Below are positions 1 through 9,500 of a stretch of DNA of 64,000 nucleotides, piece after piece. The translations under genes were made by a program, and so were the position numbers. A model generated the notes under the pieces. It was not told where the DNA came from. It saw only the letters and a list, made by a program, of their open reading frames with translations, and ran no database searches. Every line of letters starts with the position of its first letter. Position 1 is the first letter of the stretch. This DNA comes from Torpedo marmorata (Eukaryota): assembly GCA_977017645.1 (NCBI GenBank), contig OZ360224.1, forward strand, positions 207,514,001-207,578,000, read 5' to 3'.

Positions 1-2
1 TT

Positions 3-1751
3 CCGATCCCCGTTACCCCCAAAGCACTCAAACGATGCCTCGGGTTTTTCTCCTATTATGCGCAGTGGGTCCCCAACTACTCGGACAAAGCCCGACCCTT
101 CGTCAAATCCACCAAGTTTCCCCTTGCAGCGGAGGCACGTGAGGCTTTCGACCTCATAAAAGGGGACATCGCCCGAGCAGCGATGCACGCGGTGGACGAG
201 TCGGAACCTTTTCAGGTGGAGAGTGACGCCTCGGACTTCGCACTGGCTGCTACCCTCAACCAGGCGGGAAGACCGGTAGCGTTCTTCTCCCGCACCCTTC
301 AAGGCCCCGAAATTCGGCACTCTGCGGTAGAGAAAGAGGCCCAGGCCATTGTCGAGGCTGTTCGGCATTGGAGGCACTATCTCGCCGGAAAACATTTTAC
401 CCTGCTGACGGACCAGCGCTCCGTCGCATTCATGTTTAACTGCCAGCAGCGGGGTAAAATTAAAAATGACAAGATCATGAGGTGGAGAATAGAGCTCTCC
501 ACCTACAATTACGACATCATTTACCGGCCCGGGAAGCTCAACGAGCCCCCTGACGCTCTATCCCGGGGATCGTGCGCCAGCGCGCAGATCGACCGGTTAT
601 ACTCCCTCCATAATGACCTCTGCCACCCAGGAGTTACCAGGCTGTTCCACTTCATCAAAGCACGGAACCTGCCTTTCTCCCTAGATGAGGTCAAGACCAT
701 GACCAGCAGCTGCCGAGTCTGTGCGGAATGCAAACCGCAGTACTACCGCCCCGACAGAGCACAGCTGGTCAAAGCCACCCGCCCATTCGAACGTCTCAGT
801 ATAGACTTCAAGGGCCCCCTTCCAACCACGAACCGCAATGTGTACTTCCTCAACATCATCGATGAGTACTCGCGGTTCCCCTTTGCCATCCCCTGCCCAG
901 ATACCTCGGCGGCGTCGGCTATCAAGGCTCTCCACCAGGTTTTCACCGTGTTCGGGTTCCCCAGCTATGTCCATAGCGACCGGGGATCCGCGTTCATGAG
1001 CGGGGAGCTGCGACAGCACCTGCAGACCCGAGGCATCGCTACCAGCAGGACCACGGGGTACAACCCACGGGGGAATGGACAGGTGGAGAGGGAGAACGCC
1101 ACAGTATGGACAGCGACACTACTGGCCCTCAAAGCAAAAGGGTGGCCAGTGGCTCGCTGGCAGGAGGTTCTCCCGGACGCCCTCCACTCTATACGATCCC
1201 TCTTATGTACCGCCACTAACACTACCCCTCACGAACGTATCTTTTCCTTCCCCAGAAAATCGACCACCGGAACTACACTCCCTGCCTGGCTGACGTCCCC
1301 GGGGCCGGTGCTACTCCGCAAACATCTTCGGAGTAGCAAGTACGAGCCCTTAGTCGAGAGGGTGCAGCTGATCCATGCAAACCCGCAATACGCATTCGTG
1401 GTTCTCCCCGACGGGCGGGAGGACACGGTGTCAATACGGGACCTGGCGCCTGCAGGAGCGTCTGAAGAGGTCCCCGACAGCGGGAACGCCGGGTCGCAGC
1501 TGCCCCCTCCGGCCCATCCGCCTCCCAGCACGACGTTGTCTCCGTCACAGCTGGTCTGGCCACTAACCAGGCAGGAGGCGAACCAGCCCCAGATCCACCC
1601 TACTGTACCTACTCCCATTCCACAGCCACAACCATCTCCGCAGGTATCACGTTTTCCCACTCGTACCCTCATTCCACAACCACTACCATCACCGCTGACG
1701 CTACGCAGGTCACGGCGGCACATCCGGCCGCCGGCGAAACTCGATCTGTAA
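3..1751 (+). CDS. pol: 3' part of Gypsy Pol (RT connection, RNase H, integrase) of the upstream tandem copy; ORF enters from outside the window
   Basis: RNase H motifs ESDASD, EKEAQA, LTDQRS. Integrase HHCC (LHNDLCHPG..CRVC), SIDFKGP, HSDRG, NGQVER. Matches the next copy except PTT vs PST. Confidence 0.95.
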   Translation, partial: PIPVTPKALKRCLGFFSYYAQWVPNYSDKARPFVKSTKFPLAAEAREAFDLIKGDIARAAMHAVDESEPFQVESDASDFALAATLNQAGRPVAFFSRTLQGPEIRHSAVEKEAQAIVEAVRHWRHYLAGKHFTLLTDQRSVAFMFNCQQRGKIKNDKIMRWRIELSTYNYDIIYRPGKLNEPPDALSRGSCASAQIDRLYSLHNDLCHPGVTRLFHFIKARNLPFSLDEVKTMTSSCRVCAECKPQYYRPDRAQLVKATRPFERLSIDFKGPLPTTNRNVYFLNIIDEYSRFPFAIPCPDTSAASAIKALHQVFTVFGFPSYVHSDRGSAFMSGELRQHLQTRGIATSRTTGYNPRGNGQVERENATVWTATLLALKAKGWPVARWQEVLPDALHSIRSLLCTATNTTPHERIFSFPRKSTTGTTLPAWLTSPGPVLLRKHLRSSKYEPLVERVQLIHANPQYAFVVLPDGREDTVSIRDLAPAGASEEVPDSGNAGSQLPPPAHPPPSTTLSPSQLVWPLTRQEANQPQIHPTVPTPIPQPQPSPQVSRFPTRTLIPQPLPSPLTLRRSRRHIRPPAKLDL

Positions 1752-1833
1752 ATAAAGAAAACTGTATATTATCTATGTATATGTGTATTTTTTTTCTACG
1801 GTATCCACTTCACCCCCCCGTCGGACTTGTTCT

Positions 1834-1848
1834 AAAAGAAGGGGTGAA
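1834..1848 (+). promoter_or_regulatory. Polypurine tract (second copy at 6310-6324)
   Basis: AAAAGAAGGGGTGAA directly before the LTR-initial TG. Confidence 0.85.
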
Positions 1849-2096
1849 TGTGGTAAACCACTTTGTATGTATTGTGGCCTGAGGCAGGTATGACCATGAC
1901 CTGTCTGTCTGTCCCGGTGACCCCTCCCCTTTTACCTGGAATAAAGGCCTTGAGCCAGCAACTCCTCCCCCAGTTCCGGGACAATCCAGCAGGGATCATC
2001 AGGTCAAGGCATAGCTAGCCCTGGCTTGATTCTGTTAATAAAAGCCTGTTAATTCCTGCACTTCTAGACTCGTGTCAGTTATTGATAGGTATATCA
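1849..2096 (+). repeat. Shared middle LTR, 248 bp
   Basis: TGTGGTAAACC...GGTATATCA, repeated at 6325-6572 with one substitution seen. AATAAA at 2037-2042. Confidence 0.95.
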
Positions 2097-2109
2097 ATTT
2101 TATTAACAG
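2032..2109 (+). promoter_or_regulatory. Putative self-priming stem-loop replacing a tRNA PBS
   Basis: CTGTTAATAAAA (2032-2043) is the exact reverse complement of TTTTATTAACAG (2098-2109). No TGG-type PBS follows the LTR. Confidence 0.75.
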
Positions 2110-2128
2110 TTTCAACGAAATACGATCA

Positions 2129-5100
2129 ATGGAGAATTTGTTAAAGCCAGACAAGCTAGACATCGACCCCCTGGCCCAAGACGCTGCTAGCGATTTTGAA
2201 CTTTGGCAACGCTGCTTCACAGCCTACATGAGGTCGTCCGGAGCAGCTACTGACGAGCAGAAACTCGATATCCTCATGTCTAGGGTAAGCAAGCGAGTGT
2301 ATGGCGCCGTCAGAGACTGTAGGACTTTTGATGATGCCTTGGTCGCCCTCCAAACGCTGTACCTGACGCCTGCGAACGAGATTTTTGCAAGGCACCGGAT
2401 ATCGCAGCGGTACCAGCGACCCGGAGAGTCGGTCTCCGAGTATATCCAAGATGTGATGCTAATGGTGCGAGCATGTGCCTGTCGAGCCCTGGCGGCTGAG
2501 CAACACTCCGAGATGCTGGCAAGGGACACTATCATAAAAGGGATCAGGTCAGGCTACATCCGCCAGCGATTGCTGGAACACGCTGACCTGACCCTGAAAT
2601 CGACTGTCCAGAACATCCTGAACCTGGACTCAGCCCTAAAGAACGCCGACGCTATGCAGGCGCAGCCTGCTTCTTGGATCGCCCCAGCCGTCAGCCCTAC
2701 AAGCAACGCGACCGCCGCTGCTGTCTACCGGGACCCGCTTGCCGCCGCCGCCGCTATCCGTGAGTTGGCCGCTGCCGCCGCTGCCCGAGAGCCCGCCGCT
2801 ACCTGTGAGTTAACCGCCGCCGCTATCACCCGGGAGCCCGAGAAGTGTTACTTCTGCGGGCTCGACAAGCACCCGCGCAAGCGCTGCCCGGCCCGAGACG
2901 CGACTTGTTCTAGCTGTGGCAAGAAAGGCCACTATGCTAAGGTCTGCCGCTCCAAGTCGCGCACGGGTCCGAGCAGCGCCGCGTGCGAGGTACGGGAGCG
3001 GCCATCTTCCTCGACTCCACTTCCGGCGGAGACCTCGTGCGAGGTCTGGAGGCGGCCATCACAGCGCACTGCACTTCCGGTTTCCAGCAGCGCCACGTGC
3101 GACGGGAGGGGGCGGCCATCTTACATGACGTCACTTCCTGCGGAGACCTCGTGCGAGGACTGGAGGCGGCCATTTCCGATCTCTACATTTCCGGCGCGGC
3201 CATTTTATAATCTCACCGCAGCACTTCCAGCACTTCCGGCTCCACCCTCTCGTAGCGACACGTACGAGCTACGGGAGCTGCCACCGGATCAAGACGACTC
3301 GTCGGATCAAGACCTCGTCTCGACCCTGGCATCTGTGACGCTGGACCAGAGCGCGCCCCATCAACTGTCCAGATCCATGATGGACATCCTCGTTGAGGGG
3401 CATAAGACCACCTGCCTGTTCGACACAGGCAGTACAGAAAGTTTTATACACCCAGACACTGCCCAGCGCTGTGGCCTCACCATTGTACCGGTAAGCCAGA
3501 GGGTGGCCATGGCGTCTGGAACGCACACAACAGACATCCGGGGGGGTTGTGTGGCGAATATAGTGGTACAGGGCACGGAATATCGAGAGTTTTCATTGTT
3601 GGTCATGCCCCGTTTATGTGCTCCTGTATTGCTGGGATTGGACTTCCAAAGCCACCTGCGTAGCGTCACCATGCACTATGATGGGCCCCACCCCCCGATC
3701 GTAGTGACTAACCCCCAATATTTAACTAACACGCCCCAGACTACCTGTGGTCTCTCCATGCTAAAGACCCAACCCCCGCCACTCTTCGCCAACCTGACCC
3801 CTGACTGTAAGCCCATCGCAACTAAAAGTAGGCGATACAGTACAGGGGACAGGGCATTTATTAAGGCGGAGGTGCAGCGTTTACTGGGGGAAGGGATCAT
3901 TGCACCCAGTAATAGCCCCTGGAGAGCTCAGGTAGTGGTGGTGAAGAACGGGGCTAAGAGCCGGATGGTGGTGGACTATAGTCAGACCATCAACCGGTTC
4001 ACGCAACTGGACGCCTACCCGCTGCCAAAGATCGCGGATATGGTCAACCAGATTGCCCAATATAAAGTGTTCTCCACCATCGACCTTAAGTCGGCTTACC
4101 ATCAGCTCCCAATCCGCCGGGAGGACCGAGTATACACCGCTTTCGAGGCGGACGGCAGATTATTCCATTTTCTGCGCGTCCCCTTCGGGGTAACAAATGG
4201 GGTATCCGTGTTCCAAAGGGAGATGGACAGGATCATTGACCAGTTCAAGCTCACTGCCACCTTCCCGTACCTGGACGACATCACCATTTGTGGTCATGAC
4301 CGCCAGGATCACGATAGGAACCTTCGGAAGTTCTTACAGGCGGCCGAGACGCTGAACCTCACCTATAATAAGGAGAAATGCGTGTTCGGGACTACCCGAC
4401 TCGCTATCCTGGGGTGCGTCGTGGAAAACGGGGTGATTGGACCCGACCCCGACCGCATGCGCCCCCTGTTGGAACTTCCGATCCCCGTTACCCCCAAAGC
4501 ACTCAAACGATGCCTCGGGTTTTTCTCCTATTATGCGCAGTGGGTCCCCAACTACTCGGACAAAGCCCGACCCTTCGTCAAATCCACCAAGTTTCCCCTT
4601 GCAGCGGAGGCACGTGAGGCTTTCGACCTCATAAAAGGGGACATCGCCCGAGCAGCGATGCACGCGGTGGACGAGTCGGAACCTTTTCAGGTGGAGAGTG
4701 ACGCCTCGGACTTCGCACTGGCTGCTACCCTCAACCAGGCGGGAAGACCGGTAGCGTTCTTCTCCCGCACCCTTCAAGGCCCCGAAATTCGGCACTCTGC
4801 GGTAGAGAAAGAGGCCCAGGCCATTGTCGAGGCTGTTCGGCATTGGAGGCACTATCTCGCCGGAAAACATTTTACCCTGCTGACGGACCAGCGCTCCGTC
4901 GCATTCATGTTTAACTGCCAGCAGCGGGGTAAAATTAAAAATGACAAGATCATGAGGTGGAGAATAGAGCTCTCCACCTACAATTACGACATCATTTACC
5001 GGCCCGGGAAGCTCAACGAGCCCCCTGACGCTCTATCCCGGGGATCGTGCGCCAGCGCGCAGATCGACCGGTTATACTCCCTCCATAATGACCTCTGCCA

Positions 5101-6226
5101 CCCAGGAGTTACCAGGCTGTTCCACTTCATCAAAGCACGGAACCTGCCTTTCTCCCTAGATGAGGTCAAGACCATGACCAGCAGCTGCCGAGTCTGTGCG
5201 GAATGCAAACCGCAGTACTACCGCCCCGACAGAGCACAGCTGGTCAAAGCCACCCGCCCATTCGAACGTCTCAGTATAGACTTCAAGGGCCCCCTTCCAT
5301 CCACGAACCGCAATGTGTACTTCCTCAACATCATCGATGAGTACTCGCGGTTCCCCTTTGCCATCCCCTGCCCAGATACCTCGGCGGCGTCGGCTATCAA
5401 GGCTCTCCACCAGGTTTTCACCGTGTTCGGGTTCCCCAGCTATGTCCATAGCGACCGGGGATCCGCGTTCATGAGCGGGGAGCTGCGACAGCACCTGCAG
5501 ACCCGAGGCATCGCTACCAGCAGGACCACGGGGTACAACCCACGGGGGAATGGACAGGTGGAGAGGGAGAACGCCACAGTATGGACAGCGACACTACTGG
5601 CCCTCAAAGCAAAAGGGTGGCCAGTGGCTCGCTGGCAGGAGGTTCTCCCGGACGCCCTCCACTCTATACGATCCCTCTTATGTACCGCCACTAACACTAC
5701 CCCTCACGAACGTATCTTTTCCTTCCCCAGAAAATCGACCACCGGAACTACACTCCCTGCCTGGCTGACGTCCCCGGGGCCGGTGCTACTCCGCAAACAT
5801 CTTCGGAGTAGCAAGTACGAGCCCTTAGTCGAGAGGGTGCAGCTGATCCATGCAAACCCGCAATACGCATTCGTGGTTCTCCCCGACGGGCGGGAGGACA
5901 CGGTGTCAATACGGGACCTGGCGCCTGCAGGAGCGTCTGAAGAGGTCCCCGACAGCGGGAACGCCGGGTCGCAGCTGCCCCCTCCGGCCCATCCGCCTCC
6001 CAGCACGACGTTGTCTCCGTCACAGCTGGTCTGGCCACTAACCAGGCAGGAGGCGAACCAGCCCCAGATCCACCCTACTGTACCTACTCCCATTCCACAG
6101 CCACAACCATCTCCGCAGGTATCACGTTTTCCCACTCGTACCCTCATTCCACAACCACTACCATCACCGCTGACGCTACGCAGGTCACGGCGGCACATCC
6201 GGCCGCCGGCGAAACTCGATCTGTAA
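2129..6226 (+). CDS. gag-pol: Intact single-ORF Gag-Pol polyprotein (~1365 aa from ATG 2129; the ORF track starts at an upstream GTG inside the LTR)
   Basis: Two zinc knuckles (CYFCGLDKHPRKRC, CSSCGKKGHYAKVC), protease LFDTGS, RT YLDD, RNase H, HHCC/DDE integrase and a Pro-rich tail ending RRSRRHIRPPAKLDL. No stops or frameshifts. Confidence 0.95.
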   Translation: MENLLKPDKLDIDPLAQDAASDFELWQRCFTAYMRSSGAATDEQKLDILMSRVSKRVYGAVRDCRTFDDALVALQTLYLTPANEIFARHRISQRYQRPGESVSEYIQDVMLMVRACACRALAAEQHSEMLARDTIIKGIRSGYIRQRLLEHADLTLKSTVQNILNLDSALKNADAMQAQPASWIAPAVSPTSNATAAAVYRDPLAAAAAIRELAAAAAAREPAATCELTAAAITREPEKCYFCGLDKHPRKRCPARDATCSSCGKKGHYAKVCRSKSRTGPSSAACEVRERPSSSTPLPAETSCEVWRRPSQRTALPVSSSATCDGRGRPSYMTSLPAETSCEDWRRPFPISTFPARPFYNLTAALPALPAPPSRSDTYELRELPPDQDDSSDQDLVSTLASVTLDQSAPHQLSRSMMDILVEGHKTTCLFDTGSTESFIHPDTAQRCGLTIVPVSQRVAMASGTHTTDIRGGCVANIVVQGTEYREFSLLVMPRLCAPVLLGLDFQSHLRSVTMHYDGPHPPIVVTNPQYLTNTPQTTCGLSMLKTQPPPLFANLTPDCKPIATKSRRYSTGDRAFIKAEVQRLLGEGIIAPSNSPWRAQVVVVKNGAKSRMVVDYSQTINRFTQLDAYPLPKIADMVNQIAQYKVFSTIDLKSAYHQLPIRREDRVYTAFEADGRLFHFLRVPFGVTNGVSVFQREMDRIIDQFKLTATFPYLDDITICGHDRQDHDRNLRKFLQAAETLNLTYNKEKCVFGTTRLAILGCVVENGVIGPDPDRMRPLLELPIPVTPKALKRCLGFFSYYAQWVPNYSDKARPFVKSTKFPLAAEAREAFDLIKGDIARAAMHAVDESEPFQVESDASDFALAATLNQAGRPVAFFSRTLQGPEIRHSAVEKEAQAIVEAVRHWRHYLAGKHFTLLTDQRSVAFMFNCQQRGKIKNDKIMRWRIELSTYNYDIIYRPGKLNEPPDALSRGSCASAQIDRLYSLHNDLCHPGVTRLFHFIKARNLPFSLDEVKTMTSSCRVCAECKPQYYRPDRAQLVKATRPFERLSIDFKGPLPSTNRNVYFLNIIDEYSRFPFAIPCPDTSAASAIKALHQVFTVFGFPSYVHSDRGSAFMSGELRQHLQTRGIATSRTTGYNPRGNGQVERENATVWTATLLALKAKGWPVARWQEVLPDALHSIRSLLCTATNTTPHERIFSFPRKSTTGTTLPAWLTSPGPVLLRKHLRSSKYEPLVERVQLIHANPQYAFVVLPDGREDTVSIRDLAPAGASEEVPDSGNAGSQLPPPAHPPPSTTLSPSQLVWPLTRQEANQPQIHPTVPTPIPQPQPSPQVSRFPTRTLIPQPLPSPLTLRRSRRHIRPPAKLDL

Positions 6227-6324
6227 ATAAAGAAAACTGTATATTATCTATGTATATGTGTATTTTTTTTCTACGGTATCCACTTCACTCCCCCCGTCGG
6301 ACTTGTTCTAAAAGAAGGGGTGAA

Positions 6325-6572
6325 TGTGGTAAACCACTTTGTATGTATTGTGGCCTGAGGCAGGTATGACCATGACCTGTCTGTCTGTCCCGGTGACCCC
6401 TCCCCTTTTACCTGGAATAAAGGCCTTGAGCCAGCAACTCCTCCCCCAGTTCCGGGACAATCCAGCAGGGATCATCAGGTCAAGGCATAGCTAGCCCTGG
6501 CTTGATTCTGCTAATAAAAGCCTGTTAATTCCTGCACTTCTAGACTCGTGTCAGTTATTGATAGGTATATCA
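6325..6572 (+). repeat. 3' LTR of the tandem, 248 bp
   Basis: Copy of 1849-2096. Ends GGTATATCA and is followed directly by the satellite. Confidence 0.95.
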
Positions 6573-9500
6573 CAGAGGTGAACTCCATCCCGGGGAGAGG
6601 TGAACTCCATCCCGGGGAGAGATGAACTCCATCCCGGGGAGAGATGAACTCCATCCCGGGGAGAGATGAACTCCAACCCGGGGAGAGATGAACTCCATCC
6701 CGGGGAGAGATGAACTCCAACCCGGGGAGAGGTGAACTCCATCCCGGGGAGAGATGAACTCCATCCCGGGGAGAGATGAACTCCATCCCGGGGAGAGATG
6801 AACTCTAACCCGGGGATTGGTGAACTCCATCCCGGGGAGAGGTGAACTCCATCCCGGGGAGTGGTGAACTCCATCCCGGGGAGAGGTGAACTCCATCCCG
6901 GGGAGTGGTGAACTCCATCCCGGGGAGAGGTGAACTCCATCCCGGGGAGAGGTGAACTCCATCCCGGGGAGAGGTGAACTCCATCCCGGGGAGTGGTGAA
7001 CTCCATCCCGGGGAGAGATGAACTCCATCCCGGGGAGAGATGAACTCCATCCCGGGGAGAGATGAACTCCATCCCGGGGAGAGATGAACTCTAACCCGGG
7101 GATTGGTGAACTCCATCCCGGGGAGAGGTGAACTCCATCCCGGGGATTGGTGAACTCCATCCCGGGGAGAGGTGAACTCCATCCCGGGGAGAGATGAACT
7201 CTAACCCGGGGATTGGTGAACTCCATCCCGGGGAGAGGTGAACTCCATCCCGGGGAGTGGTGAACTCCATCCCGGGGAGAGATGAACTCCATCCCGGGGA
7301 GAGGTGAACTCCATCCCGGGGAGAGATGAACTCCATCCCGGGGAGAGATGAACTCCATCCCGGGGAGAGGTGAACTCCATCCCGGGGAGAGGTGAACTCC
7401 ATCCCGGGGATTGGTGAACTCCATCCCGGGGAGAGGTGAACTCCATCCCGGGGAGAGGTGAACTCCATCCCGGGGAGAGGTGAACTCCATCCCGGGGAGA
7501 GATGAACTCCATCCCGGGGAGAGATGAACTCCATCCCGGGGAGAGATGAACTCCATCCCGGGGAGAGATGAACTCCATCCCGGGGAGAGATGAACTCCAT
7601 CCCGGGGAGAGATGAACTCCATCCCGGGGAGAGATGAACTCCATCCCGGGGAGAGGTGAACTCCATCCCGGGGAGAGGTGAACTCCATCCCGGGGAGAGG
7701 TGAACTCCATCCCGGGGAGAGGTGAACTCCATCCCAGGGATTGGTGAACTCCATCCCGGGGAGAGATGAACTCCATCCCGGGGAGAGATGAACTCCATCC
7801 CGGGGAGAGGTGAACTCCATCCCGGGGAGTGGTGAACTCCATCCCGGGGAGAGATGAACTCCATCCCGGGGAGAGATGAACTCCATCCCGGGGAGAGGTG
7901 AACTCCATCCCGGGGATTGGTGAACTCCATCCCGGGGAGAGATGAACTCCATCCCGGGGAGAGATGAACTCCATCCCGGGGAGAGGTGAACTCCATCCCG
8001 GGGAGAGATGAACTCCATCCCGGGGAGAGGTGAACTCCATCCCGGGGAGAGATGAACTCCATCCCGGGGAGAGATTAACTCCATCCCGGGGAGAGATGAA
8101 CTCCATCCCGGGGAGAGGTGAACTCCATCCCGGGGAGAGATGAACTCCATCCCGGGGAGAGATGAACTCAATCCCGGGGAGAGGTGAACTCCATCCCGGG
8201 GAGAGATGAACTCCATCCCGGGGAGAGGTGAACTCCATCCCGGGGAGAGGTGAACTCCATCCCGGGGAGAGATGAACTCCATCCCGGGGAGAGATGAACT
8301 CAATCCCGGGGAGAGGTGAACTCCATCCCGGGGAGAGATGAACTCAATCCCGGGGAGAGGTGAACTCCATCCCGGGGAGAGATGAACTCCATCCCGGGGA
8401 GAGATGAACTCCATCCCGGGGAGAGATGAACTCCATCCCGGGGAGAGATGAACTCCATCCCGGGGAGAGGTGAACTCCATCCCGGGGAGAGGTGAACCCG
8501 ATCCCGGGGAGAGGTGAACTCCATCCCGGGGAGAGATGAACTCCATCCCGGGGAGAGATGAACTCCATCCCGGGGAGAGATGAACTCCATCCCGGGGAGA
8601 GATGAACTCCATCCCGGGGAGAGATGAACTCCATCCCGGGGAGTGGTGAACTCCATCCCGGGGAGAGGTGAACTCCATCCCGGGGAGAGATGAACTCCAT
8701 CCCGGGGAGAGATGAACTCCATCCCGGGGATTGGTGAACTCCAACCCGGGGAGAGATGAACTCCATCCCGGGGAGAGGTGAACTCCATCCCGGGGAGAGA
8801 TTAACTCCATCCCGGGGAGAGATGAACTCCATCCCGGGGAGAGGTGAACTCCATCCCGGGGAGAGGTGAACTCCATCCCGGGGAGAGATGAACTCCAACC
8901 CGGGGAGAGATGAACTCCATCCCGGGGAGAGGTGAACTCCATCCCAGGGGAGAGGAGAACTCCATCCCGGGGAGAGGTGAACTCCATCCCGGGGAGAGAT
9001 GAACTCCATCCCGGGGAGAGGTGAACTCCATCCCGGGGAGAGGTGAACTCCATCCCGGGGAGAGATGAACTCCATCCCGGGGAGAGATGAACTCCATCCC
9101 GGGGAGAGGTGAACTCCATCCCGGGGAGAGATGAACTCCATCCCGGGGAGAGATGAACTCCATCCCGGGGAGAGATGAACTCCATCCCGGGGAGAGATGA
9201 ACTCCATCCCGGGGAGAGATGAACTCCATCCCGGGGAGAGATGAACTCCATCCCGGGGAGAGATGAACTCCATCCCGGGGAGAGATGAACTCCATCCCGG
9301 GGAGAGATGAACTCCATCCCGGGGAGAGGTGAACTCCATCCCGGGGAGAGGTGAACTCCATCCCGGGGAGAGATGAACTCCAACCCGGGGAGTGGTGAAC
9401 TCCATCCCGGGGAGAGGTGAACTCCATCCCGGGGAGAGATGAACTCCATCCCGGGGAGAGATGAACTCCATCCCGGGGAGAGGTGAACTCCATCCCGGGG

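Larger units (their letters stand above)
1..6572 (+). mobile_element. Tandem Gypsy (Metaviridae) LTR retrotransposons, structure [internal, 5' part outside window]-LTR-internal-LTR with a shared middle LTR (family A)
   Basis: 1-2096 repeats at an offset of 4475-4476 bp. Two 248-bp TG...CA LTRs are each preceded by a PPT. Domain order is Gag-PR-RT-RH-IN. Confidence 0.96.

Noticed and set aside
521-6198. Numerous short antisense and alternative-frame ORFs in the Gypsy elements (also 30103-33937)
   Set aside because: Expected shadows of GC-rich coding sequence; no recognisable domains.
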